Assembly (NCBI GenBank): GCA_026625185.1
Contig: CP113000.1
Span: 2,055,622 to 2,087,621, forward strand
Source: Thermodesulfobacteriota bacterium
GTDB lineage: Bacteria > Desulfobacterota > WTBG01 > JAGOGO01
Direction of reading: 5' to 3'
Length of the DNA stretch: 32,000 nucleotides
The notes beneath the pieces were generated by a model. The model worked only from the letters and a program-made list of their open reading frames with translations. It was not told the origin of the DNA and ran no database searches. A program made the position numbers and the translations under genes. How positions within the stretch are numbered: the first letter of the stretch is position 1; every line of letters starts with the position of its first letter. Below, in pieces: positions 1-9,499 of this stretch.

Positions 1-59
1 AATAATTAATCCGGAGTTGGCACATAGTCAAAGCGTAAAACGATGATTTTGTTTTCTGC

Positions 60-300
60 CCGTGGTAAGGATGTCGGCTTCATGAAAAATCCCTCAGTAC
101 TGTCATTTTGGGCAACTTGACGATTTTTTTTATAAAACTTGTAAAAAGGATAAGGTTTCTTCCCGCAGCCGAAAAACCAGGGTCAGCAAAATCGGACTTT
201 TTGCGAAGCTGTCGAGGGTAATTAATTTGGGAAAAATATGGGGCAGGGGTAGAGATTTCTTTGAATGCGGTAAAATTTATGATAACCTCGCCTACCAAGT
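60..300 (-). repeat. Probable minus-orientation copy of a dispersed intergenic repeat family (other copies at 20776-21030 and 22160-22262)
   Basis: The reverse complement contains the blocks cccctgcccc, gtccgattttgctgac and ctttttacaagttttataaa. These parallel cccctgcccc, gtctgatttttgac and ctttttacggattcatcaaa in the 20776-21030 copy. The track ORF at 80..298 reads through the repeat. Confidence 0.4.
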
Positions 301-461
301 TAAGTATTGCAGTTGAATAGAGCCATTAAGAGACAAAGTATAAAGAAGTCACTTTCGATAACCACCGATAAACCGAGAGAAAATTCGATTTATTAAGTGA
401 TACTAATTTTTTTATATTTTTATAGTTCACTCTGATTCCAGGTAAAAAAAGGAGTTTAATT

Positions 462-3161
462 GTGCAAGAAATTAAGTTCACCATCAATGGAAAAGATGTG
501 ACAGGGGGAAAGGGCCAAACTATTCTTGAGATTGCTTTGAAAAATGGATTTGATATCCCATACTTATGTTATCATCCCAAGATCAGCAAAACCGGTGCTT
601 GTCGTATGTGTATTGTTCGGGTTAATGAGGTAATGTTAAAAACAGCCTGCACAGAGCCGGCAATGGAGGGGATGAAAGTAATTACTGAGGATGAAGAGAT
701 AATAAAAATAAGAAAGGGGATTTTAGAACTCCTTCTTGCCGAAGGCGACCATAATTGCCTTTATTGTGATGCCAATGGTGCATGTGAATTACAGACCCTT
801 GTACACCGATATAATATTGATCAGGTAGCTTACGAATATCCTAAACGAAACCGCGAGATTGATTATGAATCGAGTGAGGGTCTGAAGAGAAATGAAAACA
901 GATGCATCCTCTGTGGAAGATGTGTGAAGGCATGTGGGGAGATCCAGTTATCAAATGTGTGGAGTTTTACTGATAGAGGAGGTCATACTCACCTTACCTC
1001 AGGTTTATATGAAAAGATCGGGGATTCGAGTTGTGTTAAATGCGGCGCATGTGTTCAGTTGTGTCCCACTGGTTCCCTTTCATTCCAGACGGTCCTTGGG
1101 AGAGGTGAAAATTGGGAACTCACAAAGGAATCAAGCATCTGTATTTACTGCGGGGTTGGATGTAAGATTGACTACTATAAAAACAAGGAGGGTCTACTTG
1201 TAAAGACTATTGGTCATGATGATGGACCCAACCGGGGACATCTCTGCGTTAAGGGAAGATTTGGATTTGATTTTATTCAGAACGGAAAGAGATTATCAAA
1301 ACCCCTTATCAAGCGAAACGGTGTATTCGAGGAGGCAAGCTGGGATGAAGCCCTCGATCTTGTTGCCAGTAAGTTTATTGAGATAAAAGACAAGTATGGT
1401 CCTGATTCTATTGCTGCACTATCTTCAGCGAAATGCACAAATGAAGAGAATTATTTGATGCAAAAAATTATGCGGGCAGTAATCGGGACGAATAATGTAG
1501 ATCACTGCGCTCGTCTCTGACACAGCTCAACCGTCGCCGGTCTGGCGGCTGTATTTGGTTCCGGAGCAATGACTAACTCTATCCGTGAGGTGCCTCTTTC
1601 AGAAGGTTTTCTGGTAATAGGTTCCAACACCACAGAAAACCACCCGGTCATCGGTTCGATGATAATGAAAGAAGTGATTAATCAGGGCAAGAAGCTGATA
1701 GTAGTCGACCCCCGTGAGATTGAGCTTTCCCGATATGCCGATTATTATTTTCAAATCAAGCCAGGTACAAATATCGCGATCCTCAACGGTTTTATGCATG
1801 TGCTGATTAAGGAAGGAATTTTCAATAAAGAATACGTCGAGAAGCGGTGCGAAGGCTTTGAGGCGATGGCGAAAATCCTTGAGAAATATAACCCTGAATT
1901 TGTCGCAGAGATTTGCGGAATTGATAATCCGGAAGATATTGTTAAAGCAGCGCGTCTCATGGCGCAGCTAAAACCTATGGCTCTCTATTATGCAATGGGG
2001 ATTACCCAGTTTGTCTCAGGGGTAAATGGCGTAAAGTCTACGGCAAACCTTCAGATGCTCCTCGGTAATTTAGGCATCCCGGGTGGAGGAGTTAATCCCT
2101 TGCGGGGACAGAATAATGTGCAAGGCGCATGCGATATGGGCGCGCTTAATGCGGTGTATCCCGCATATCAACCGGTTGCAAGTGAGGAGAATAAAGAAAA
2201 GTTTGAAAAGGCATGGGGTGTTTCAGGATTGCCTACCAAACCGGGTCTTACCATAGTTGAGATGTTTAATGCTGCAGTTGCCGGAAATTTAAAGGCAGTA
2301 TATGAGATGGGCGAGAACCCTGTGATGTCCGATCCCAATCAACACCATGTGATTGAAGCGCTTGAAGCTCTGAATTTTTTTGTTGTTCAGGATATTTTTT
2401 TTACGGAGACAGCCCAGTATGCTGATGTGGTATTACCGGCATGTTCGTTTCTCGAAAAAGAGGGAACGGTAACCAATACCGAGAGAAGGATTCAACCCAT
2501 GCACAGGGTGCTTCCGCCCTGGGGTGACGCGAGGGATGATTGGTGGATCACCATGCAGATAGCCAATAGAATGGGCGCACAATGGGATTATAAAAAGCCT
2601 GAGGATATCTTTGAGGAGATAAGGATGGTTACTCCCTCCTATGCGGGAATCACGTATGAAAGGGTTGAGAAGGAACTGATACAGTGGCCATGCCCTGCGA
2701 AAGATCATCCGGGAACACAGTATCTGCACAAGGAAAAGTTTTCACGGGGACTTGGTTTACTTACGGGGATAGATTATACCCCGCCGGCAGAAGAAACCGA
2801 CACTGACTATCCTGTAATCCTGACGACCGGACGTATCCTCGAACATTTTCATACCGGAACCATGACCAGAAACTCAAAAATTCTTGATGAGATTGTGCCT
2901 GAGGGATTTGTGGAAATTCATCCCAACGATGCAAAAATTTATAACATCACGGATGGCGAAGTTATATCTATATCTTCGAGGAGGGGTAGCATCAGAATTA
3001 GGGCAAGGGTTACGGATAGGTCGAAACCCAATGTGGTTTTTATTCCATTTCATTTCTTCGAAGCGGCTGCGAACGAACTGACTATAGATGCTCTTGATCC
3101 GACATGTAAGATCCCGGAGTACAAAGTGTGCTCTTGCAAGATTGAAAAAATTTATCTGTAA
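462..3161 (+). CDS. fdhA: Formate dehydrogenase catalytic (alpha) subunit, NAD-type, with an N-terminal 2Fe-2S/4Fe-4S NuoG-like region. Selenocysteine is encoded by the in-frame TGA at 1518-1520, giving about 899 aa.
   Basis: Track ORFs 462..1520 and 1569..3161 share one frame (both starts are 0 mod 3). Reading through the TGA gives [29 protein letters not shown], the canonical Sec/Cys active-site context of molybdopterin formate dehydrogenases. Cys clusters are present in the N-terminal 250 aa. The start is GTG with an AAGGAG RBS at 449-454. A hairpin lies immediately downstream of the TGA. Confidence 0.88.
1521..1560 (+). promoter_or_regulatory. Bacterial SECIS-like recoding hairpin downstream of the UGA
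   Basis: GTCGCC (1533-1538) pairs with GGCGGC (1544-1549): five Watson-Crick pairs and one G-U pair around the loop GGTCT. A lower stem pairs AACC (1529-1532) with GGTT (1557-1560). The apical GGUCU(G) resembles the E. coli fdhF SECIS apex as I recall it. Confidence 0.65.
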
Positions 3162-3176
3162 AGGCGGTGATGGGAG

Positions 3177-5000
3177 ATGTTAACAACAGAGGACATTAAA
3201 GGCGTAATCGAGAAAAGAGGAAGCTCAAAAGAACATCTTATGTTTATATTGCGGGATCTCGAGAATATTTCTGGTAATAATCAACTTGAAATTGATGTGT
3301 TGGAGAAAGTAGCTGAGATAACAAAAATCCCAAAGAGCACCATTGCAGGTTTTGTGGGCTTCTACACCATGTTCAAGACAAATCCCAGGGCACCCTTTAT
3401 TATAAGGGTTTGCAAGTCAGGGCCTTGTCATGTTATGGGGGCAAGAACAATTTTTGATGCAGTAGAGCGAAATTTAGGCATTAAGCCTGGAGAAGCAACC
3501 CCTGATGGTCTGTTTTACCTTGAACAGTGTGAATGCCTTGGTGTTTGTTCGGTAGCCCCTGCTATGATGATAAACTACGATATCCATGGTAACCTTACTG
3601 AGAAAAAAATAAAACAAATTTTAGAGTCTTATAAATCCCAAAAGGCAATTTTTGGAGAAAAATGCGGGCCGGAGGTAGAAGGAAAGGCTTGCGTTATTGA
3701 TGATGATAGACAGACAAAGAGACTTTTAGTCATGGTCGGCAAAGTCGACCCTCTTAGCATTGACAGTTATATAAAAAATGGCGGTTATGCCGCGATAAGA
3801 AAGGCCATCAGAGAATATTCTTCAGATGATGTGATCAATATTGTGAAGGATTCAGGGCTCAGTGGCAGAGGTGGCGCGGGATTCCCGGCAGGGTTAAAGT
3901 GGTCATTTATGCCGAAGGGGGATATGCAAAAGTACGTAATTTGTAATGCCGACGAAGGGGAACCGGGAACTTTTAAAGACAGGGTTCTGATGGAGGAAAA
4001 TCCTCACTTGATTATTGAGGGGATGCTGCTTTGCGGATATGCGACCGGCGCCACCGTTGGTTATATTTACGTGCGAGGGGAATTCAGGCGCGCTATTGAA
4101 AGACTTCAAAGAGCCATTGACCAGGCAAGAGAAAGCCGAATGTTGGGGAAGCACCTTTCCGGTTCGACATTCAGCTTTGATATTTTCATCAAAGAAGGTG
4201 GTGGGGCGTATGTATGCGGTGAGGAATCATCGCTTATGAATTCAATGGAAGGCAAGCGGGGTTTTCCGCGGTTCAGACCACCATTTCCCGCGGGTGCTGG
4301 TTTTATGGGGATGCCGTCGAACGTCAATAATGTTGAGACATACGCATCGGTCCCGATGATTATTGAGCATGGTGCCACGTGGTATAAGTCACTGGGCACA
4401 GAAAAGTGCTCTGGAACAAAACTTTACTGCCTATCCGGTAAGCTGAACAGAACAGGGCTGGTTGAACTGCCCATGGGGACAACCCTTCGTGAACTCATTG
4501 ATATATATGGTAAAGGCATTAAAGATGGAAAAACCTTTAAATTTGCCCAGGTGGGCGGTTCAGCTGGGGGCGTTTTTGGTGAGGATTTGCTTGACCTCCC
4601 TCTTGATATAGATCAGACAATAAAAGCTGGTGTTACGCTTGGTTCCGGAGTTGTGCTTGCGTGCGATAAGGATACCTGTGCGGTTGATTTTCTTCTAAAT
4701 ATAATCAGTTTTTTTGCGCACGAATCCTGTGGTCAGTGTGTCCCTTGCAGGGTCGGGACATCACAGTTACACTTTCTTGCAAAGAAATTTGCAATGAGGA
4801 CAGCAGTAGAAAAGGATATTGATTCTATGATTGAAAAAGCACAGTTGATGAAGCAGGCTTCTCTTTGTGCGCTCGGGCAATCACCTATATTACCTATTAC
4901 AACCACATTGAAATATTTCAGGGAGGAGTTTTTGAATCACTGTAATACAAGATACAGTTGCCCTGAGTGTGACATGACGTTGGAAAGGTTTTACAGGTAA
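3177..5000 (+). CDS. FDH-associated diaphorase subunit: fusion of a NuoE-like thioredoxin-fold 2Fe-2S domain and a NuoF-like NAD(H)/FMN/4Fe-4S domain
   Basis: N-terminal CKSGPCHVMG...CECLGVCSVAP (a Cx4C...Cx3C pattern). GRGGAGFPAGLKWSF and NADEGEPGTFKDR match NuoF FMN/NADH motifs. ESCGQCVPCR...LCALGQ matches the N3 cluster. The gene follows fdhA by 15 nt. Confidence 0.85.
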   Translation: MLTTEDIKGVIEKRGSSKEHLMFILRDLENISGNNQLEIDVLEKVAEITKIPKSTIAGFVGFYTMFKTNPRAPFIIRVCKSGPCHVMGARTIFDAVERNLGIKPGEATPDGLFYLEQCECLGVCSVAPAMMINYDIHGNLTEKKIKQILESYKSQKAIFGEKCGPEVEGKACVIDDDRQTKRLLVMVGKVDPLSIDSYIKNGGYAAIRKAIREYSSDDVINIVKDSGLSGRGGAGFPAGLKWSFMPKGDMQKYVICNADEGEPGTFKDRVLMEENPHLIIEGMLLCGYATGATVGYIYVRGEFRRAIERLQRAIDQARESRMLGKHLSGSTFSFDIFIKEGGGAYVCGEESSLMNSMEGKRGFPRFRPPFPAGAGFMGMPSNVNNVETYASVPMIIEHGATWYKSLGTEKCSGTKLYCLSGKLNRTGLVELPMGTTLRELIDIYGKGIKDGKTFKFAQVGGSAGGVFGEDLLDLPLDIDQTIKAGVTLGSGVVLACDKDTCAVDFLLNIISFFAHESCGQCVPCRVGTSQLHFLAKKFAMRTAVEKDIDSMIEKAQLMKQASLCALGQSPILPITTTLKYFREEFLNHCNTRYSCPECDMTLERFYR

Positions 5001-5035
5001 AAAAATAACATTTAATTCTTGATAAGGAGAAAGAG

Positions 5036-5854
5036 ATGGCTCATAAACCTGTAGAAATTGTTGAGTTGGCTGGAGATGCTGGGAAATACAAGGGAAATCT
5101 GACGCCGGGAAACTGGTTGATAAGGAGTTTCATGGCGGGACTTTTTATTGCGGTGGGCGGAGCCCTTGCCACGGTCTGTTCCACCGGGACAACAATTCCG
5201 GGCATTAAATCCCTCATTGCCGGGGCGGTCTTCCCGGTCGGCCTCATCGCGATTGTTATTACTGGTATGTCGCTTTTTACCGGTGATACCATGCTGATTC
5301 CCATGGCGGTATTTCAGAAAAAAACCACCTGGGGAAAAGTTTTTAACGGGTGGTTATGGGTTTATATCGGAAATTTCATCGGTTCGCTTTTCTGGGCTTA
5401 TATAATGGCGGTTGGGCCTTTCTGCAAGGGGGGTGGTTCGGAGCTAACCATTTTCGGTCAAAGTGCGATTGCAATATCCGAAGCAAAAACATTACCTTAT
5501 ATGACGGTCGGCGGTATGGGACTCTGGTCGGCATTCATGAAGGGCATCGCCTGCAACCTGCTCGTGAACGTTGCCATCTTGCTGGCACTTTCATCGAAGA
5601 GTATGGTGGGTAAGTTTTTCGGGATCTGGTTCCCGATCATGGCCTTCGTATCATCAGGCTTTGAACACTGCGTGGCCAATATGTATTTTATTCCTGTGGG
5701 AATAATGATGGGTGCAAATGTTAGTTGGGGTCAGTTCATCCAATGGAACCTGATCCCGGTTACTCTCGGCAATATCGTCGGAGGGTTCGTATTTATCGGT
5801 GCGGTCTATTTCTGGTCATTTAAGAAGGAACTATCCACTGTAGCTCAAACCTAA
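5036..5854 (+). CDS. focA: Formate/nitrite transporter (FNT) family channel, probably formate-specific given its context
   Basis: Polytopic 272-aa protein with FNT signatures: SLFTGDT (omega-loop Thr) and GFEHCVANMYF (central His). RBS AAGGAGAAAG precedes the ATG. It lies directly downstream of the FDH genes. Confidence 0.85.
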   Translation: MAHKPVEIVELAGDAGKYKGNLTPGNWLIRSFMAGLFIAVGGALATVCSTGTTIPGIKSLIAGAVFPVGLIAIVITGMSLFTGDTMLIPMAVFQKKTTWGKVFNGWLWVYIGNFIGSLFWAYIMAVGPFCKGGGSELTIFGQSAIAISEAKTLPYMTVGGMGLWSAFMKGIACNLLVNVAILLALSSKSMVGKFFGIWFPIMAFVSSGFEHCVANMYFIPVGIMMGANVSWGQFIQWNLIPVTLGNIVGGFVFIGAVYFWSFKKELSTVAQT

Positions 5855-5923
5855 ACAATGCCCGGCCGAAAATGATCGGTTTGTATCATGTGCTTGAAAG
5901 TGGGAACAAAATTTAAATAACGT

Positions 5924-5964
5924 AAACAAATGCCCCGACCACCAAATGGTCGGGGCATTTGTTT
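5924..5964. terminator. Bidirectional rho-independent terminator between focA (+) and the CBS gene (-)
   Basis: A perfect 17-bp stem: aaacaaatgccccgacc (5924-5940), loop accaaat, ggtcggggcatttgttt (5948-5964). Both flanks are T-rich on the respective strands. Confidence 0.75.
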
Positions 5965-6061
5965 TATTCTGTCAAATATCAAAAAGACGCTTCCTACCAC
6001 CAGGGCGTAAGCCCGTGGGCATCTACATCTCTTAAGGTTGTACAGGAGGTTATACGTACTT

Positions 6062-6832
6062 TCCTGCAATTTAGTCACTTAGTTGTGCGATAAGACTTTC
6101 TTTTTCATAGATGATTGCCTTTATCGCATCCCCGATAGAAATTAATCCAACCAACTTATTTTTGTCAAAAACAGGTAGATGTCTTACATGCTTACCCGTC
6201 ATAAGCACCATGCATTCTTCAACGGTGTTTTCAGGTTTTACAATGAGCGGAGGTGAGGTCATGATTTCTTGAACGAGGGTATCTCTTGACGTTCTCCCTT
6301 TCAGAATAATCTTCCTCGCGTAATCTCGTTCTGAGACGATACCGATTATCTTTCCCTTTTCTATAACTACTAAAGCCCCGATGTCCTTTTCCCCCTTGAT
6401 ATGCAGTGCCTCAAACACCGTGGCAGTTGGTGAGATTGACCAGACCTCATTTTTTTTTCTCTTTCAGAATGTCGTTGACGGTTTTCATAATTTGCCTCCT
6501 TCTCAAAAAAATATTGTTATATTGTCAAGATGTTTTGCAGTCATTATTAAGTCCATCGGGCGATACACATATTAAAAACCTAAAAAAGTACCTCCGCGCA
6601 AAAAAGTATTTTATTTTAAAAACTTACCTATCTTAAAATCATTGCTTTACGGAGTTTATTTTTCAAGTCAGATTTTTTTACAGAACCTCAAACAAGAGGT
6701 CCTTAAAATGTTTGCATTTTTTCCCTATTTTGCTCGAAGACCTTAGTTTTTTATGCAAAAGATGATTTTATAGGGTGGAAAAAATATTGTTTTTTTGTAT
6801 TCTTAAAATAAAAATATAAAAAAAATATGGGT
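6062..6832. repeat. Segmental repeat, copy A: 3' end of the CBS gene plus its upstream AT-rich control region. Paralogous to 9146-9597.
   Basis: 6062-6168 aligns with 9146-9250 at roughly 80% identity. 6530-6832 aligns with 9255-9597. Shared strings include catattaaaaacctaaaaaa, gcgcaaaaa(a)gtattttattttaaaaa, tacctatcttaaaatcattgctttacggagtttatttt and ggtg(g/a)aaaaaatattgtttttttgtatt. Confidence 0.85.
6071..6488 (-). pseudogene. Stand-alone CBS-pair domain protein interrupted by a 1-nt frameshift in an A9 homopolymer (T9 on the + strand, 6450-6458). The track shows only the 115-aa distal ORF 6071..6418.
   Basis: On the minus strand, an AGGAGG RBS lies 6 nt before the ATG at 6488. The reading MKTVNDILKEKKK then hits TGA. 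In the other frame, NEVWSISPTATVFEALH continues into the 115-aa ORF. An A8 tract would give one contiguous CBS-pair protein of about 138 aa. The protein shows typical CBS-pair sequence (GIVSERDYARKIILKG, HLPVFD, GLISIGD). Confidence 0.7.
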
Positions 6833-7402
6833 AAAGTTTAAAATTCCGGACCAACAATGGGGAAAACATCAAGTAGGAATTAAATTACACTGTCAGAAAT
6901 GTTCAAGTGCGAGATACCTGTCTCTTGTTGACGTTTTTCATTACGATAACTGTAAGTTCTCATTAAAACTTCAACTCTATTGAAAGAAAAATTTGTTTCG
7001 AGTGATTGGATATATTATCATGAGCTTTACAGCTAAATTATGGACGGGGTATTAGTACTAATGATTTTGATATGGGGAATGTCGGTTAATACTCTTTCTT
7101 AAGAGTGATTACCAAGGGATATTGGTTTAATCTGTACCCCCATTTTTTAACCCGCTTCTTCTCAGACCTGATTGGCCACTTTCAAAAGAAGGACCGATAA
7201 TCGGGATTGGGACAATTGGGCCATCTATTTGTTATTCTTTAAATTACGAAGCATATGTCCTGACCGAGAGTTCACCAATTGCCTGTTACAACCATGAAAT
7301 CCGCTTTTAAATTGTTTCAACCTATTATAAAAACTGATAAAATTACAAACGGTTTTTTACGGTGTAGTCTCAATGTGTAGCCTCAATAATTTTAGAAACA
7401 CC

Positions 7403-7990
7403 ATGGCCAGTGTTATTCTTGCGGGCGGTGAAAGCTCTCGAATGGGTAAAAATAAGGCTTTTATTGAGGTTAACGGCGTCCGTATGATAGATCGTACGGT
7501 ATCCCTTTTAAAAGAAATTTTTGACGAAGTTATACTGGTTACCAATTCACCTTTTGAATTCCTAGATCTCGACATCAAGATAGTAAAAGACCTTATCCCA
7601 AAGATAGGTCCTCTGGGAGGCATTTATACGGGTCTTTTTTTCTCATCTTCACCGAAAGCCTTTTTTGTTGGCTGTGATATGCCATTCCTTAACAAAGAAG
7701 TTATCCAATATTTCCTTGACTTAGCTGAGACAGCGGAGATTGTAGTTCATCGACTAAATGACTATTGGGAGCCCCTCCATGCGGTTTATTCCCGCAGTTT
7801 TATGAAATCAATTGAAAGACTTATTGAGCTAGGTGAACGAAAAATAATAAAAGGCTATAAATGGACAAAAGTGCATGAAGTAACGAGAGAAGAACTTACG
7901 CTCTTGGACCCGGACTTGCGCTCGTTGCTTAATTTTAATACCCCCGAGGAGTTAAAAAAACTTTTGGATATATACACACCATATGGGTAG
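7403..7990 (+). CDS. mobA: Molybdenum cofactor guanylyltransferase (MobA family); an alternative upstream start exists at 7373
   Basis: N-terminal MASVILAGGESSRMG-KNKAF (the MobA LAGGxxxRMG signature) and a later GCDMPF motif. Length is about 195-205 aa. The start is uncertain because neither ATG has a clear SD. Confidence 0.8.
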   Translation: MASVILAGGESSRMGKNKAFIEVNGVRMIDRTVSLLKEIFDEVILVTNSPFEFLDLDIKIVKDLIPKIGPLGGIYTGLFFSSSPKAFFVGCDMPFLNKEVIQYFLDLAETAEIVVHRLNDYWEPLHAVYSRSFMKSIERLIELGERKIIKGYKWTKVHEVTREELTLLDPDLRSLLNFNTPEELKKLLDIYTPYG

Positions 7991-8714
7991 CCAGGTTACC
8001 AGCCGGGAGTTTACTGACAGTCTGGAACACCCCGTCATCCATCAAATTAGATTTTTTCTCTTCTATTCTGTGTACGCCAAGCGATTTAAAGGAGTTAGCA
8101 GTGGGATGGCTATTTAACCAAGGGTATATCGAATCGGTAAGTGATATGGCCGTCTTGGTTTTCTGCGAGGATATGAACGACATTAGCATGCAACTTACCA
8201 ATTTCCGGTACAAGGAAAGGGAAAGGGAACAGATTATCAAAACCTCGGCATGCATGGGCGGTGAGATTTCTTACCGGCAGTTTTTCAAAGACACACCAAA
8301 GTTAAGCGGGGACCTAGGTTAACGATTCGGCTTCTCAAATCTCTTACGAAGAAAGCGTTATCCATGGCACACCATTACAAGGCCACGGGGGGACTCCACT
8401 TATGCCACCATCGCCTCAGCAAGCAGTCAACAGATTGATACATTTTTCGAGGACGTAGGCCGACACAATGGGGTAGATAAGGCTATGGGAAGGATGCTTC
8501 TCACCAGCGGCAGGATTTCTTCTGAAATGGCGCTCAAGGCGGTTCACGGAAATATTAGTATTGTAGCCAGCCTAACACCTGTACGAATCTCGGCGCCCAA
8601 ATAGCGGAGGAAGCAGGTCTGACCCTTGTATGCCGTGTACTGAGAGCCTGGCCTGTTCTTTGGTGCGGCGCACAAAGGATCGTAGCTGATGATGAAGGAA
8701 AAGGTGCCCAGTAA
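7983..8714 (+). pseudogene. fdhD: Decayed fdhD (formate dehydrogenase sulfurtransferase/accessory protein) with several frameshifts, in-frame stops and an internal deletion
   Basis: FdhD-like segments are spread over all three frames. They are: LEHPVIHQI; KLDFFSSILCTPSDLKELAVGWLFNQGYIESVSDM...TSACMGGE (track ORF 8101..8322); TGGLHLC; EDVGRHNGVDKAMGRMLLTSGRISSEMALKAVHGNISIVASLT; and TNLGAQIAEEAGLTLVCRVLRAWPVLWCGAQRIV, which ends at TAA 8712-8714. The ATG at 7983 overlaps the mobA stop. Confidence 0.75.
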
Positions 8715-8933
8715 ATTGCCACCTGACCGTGGTCCAAATATCGGGTTTGTAAATTGACCTTTCGAAATAATATTTCTGGGATAAGAAATGGCCTAATGAA
8801 AAGATCTCAGGGTGAAAAACTAAATGCGGCGTGTTTGATTCTGGCGGGAGGAGAGGGTAAGAGCCTATGAAAATCACGACCTCGGTTGACAACCTATGTT
8901 ATCATAGGAAACTACTTTATAGGAGGTCGTGTT

Positions 8934-9128
8934 ATGACAAAAGCCCAAAGGGATATTGCAAGAAAGATCCGGGTTCTTCAGTATGCGCAAGACGGTATGT
9001 TGGTTGTGGGTCTCGTGATCGTCTTGGTCTACAAAAAAAACCGGAGAAAAAAGCCGCTTAAGATACGTTCGCTTCCAATCTGCGGTGTCCCATTCAAGTC
9101 CATTGCGGCAATCCATCCTACTCGTTAA
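8934..9128 (+). mobile_element. Possible remnant of a transposase N-terminus (IS481-like HTH region), truncated and frame-scrambled
   Basis: A strong RBS, AGGAGG, lies 6 nt before the ATG at 8934. MTKAQRDIARKIRVLQYAQDG resembles the ...ARRLxVLQHAQE... start of some integrase-core transposases as I recall them. Downstream similarity is weak and found only in another frame (VS*SSW, SHSSP). It ends where repeat copy B begins. Confidence 0.3.
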
Positions 9129-9155
9129 TGTTTATTAAACTTCTTTTTCTGCAAT

Positions 9156-9252
9156 TTAGTCGCTTAGTTGTGTGAGAAGACTCTCTTGTTCAGAAATGAT
9201 TGTTTTTTTTATTACCTCCCCAATAGAAATTAATCCACCTAACTTTTGTTTT
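9156..9252 (-). pseudogene. 3'-terminal remnant of a second CBS-pair gene
   Basis: The minus strand reads KQKLGGLISIGEVIKKTIISEQESLLTQLSD*. The intact copy ends KNKLVGLISIGDAIKAIIYEKESLIAQLSD*. Everything upstream of this is deleted. Confidence 0.7.
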
Positions 9253-9403
9253 CTTTATTTTCAATAGTCATTAATAAGCCCATCAGTCGAAACGCATATT
9301 AAAAACCTAAAAAAATACCCCCGCGCAAAAAGTATTTTATTTTAAAAATTTACCTATCTTAAAATCATTGCTTTACGGAGTTTATTTTGCTGGCCAGATT
9401 TTT

Positions 9404-9417
9404 TTACAGGATGTCAA
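9404..9417 (+). promoter_or_regulatory. Candidate upstream activator site shared with 16390-16402
   Basis: tttttTTACAGGATGTCAAat lies about 210 bp upstream of the sigma-54-type promoter at 9620. A related tttttTACAGGCTGTAAaa lies about 226 bp upstream of the sigma-54-type promoter at 16621. Confidence 0.3.
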
Positions 9418-9499
9418 ATAAAAGATTCTTAAGATGTTTATATTTCTATTCCCCTTTTACTCGAAGGGATTATTTTTTTGCAAATGAAAATTTTGTTAG

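Noticed and set aside
17-34. TGGCAC...GC string (ttggcacatagtcaaagc) resembling a sigma-54 -24/-12 promoter
   Set aside because: GG-to-GC spacing is 14 nt rather than the required 12. It also lies about 430 bp from the nearest + strand start, inside a repeat copy.
934-2729. Nested or antisense track ORFs inside fdhA (934..1203, 1599..1799, 1751..1960, 2433..2729). The same applies to similar ORFs inside other large genes, for example 3903..4399, 5041..5679, 10212..10524, 11849..12247 and 24553..24861.
   Set aside because: They lie entirely within strongly supported genes in alternative frames. They have no RBS and no recognisable motifs, and are typical shadow ORFs.
6841-7372. About 530-bp gene-free stretch upstream of mobA, examined for a molybdenum-cofactor riboswitch, a tRNA or a hidden gene. 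The fdhA leader at 300-460 was examined in the same way.
   Set aside because: I could not recognise Moco-motif conserved blocks, a tRNA cloverleaf, or a coherent reading frame. Only short hairpins are present (for example 7088-7115) and a shared 8-mer accgagag, which is within chance expectation. A covariance-model scan would be needed to rule a riboswitch in or out.
8555-8892. Minus-strand ORFs of 60 and 106 aa
   Set aside because: They are antisense to the fdhD remnant and adjacent debris, with no motifs or RBS. The + strand carries clear FdhD-derived sequence.
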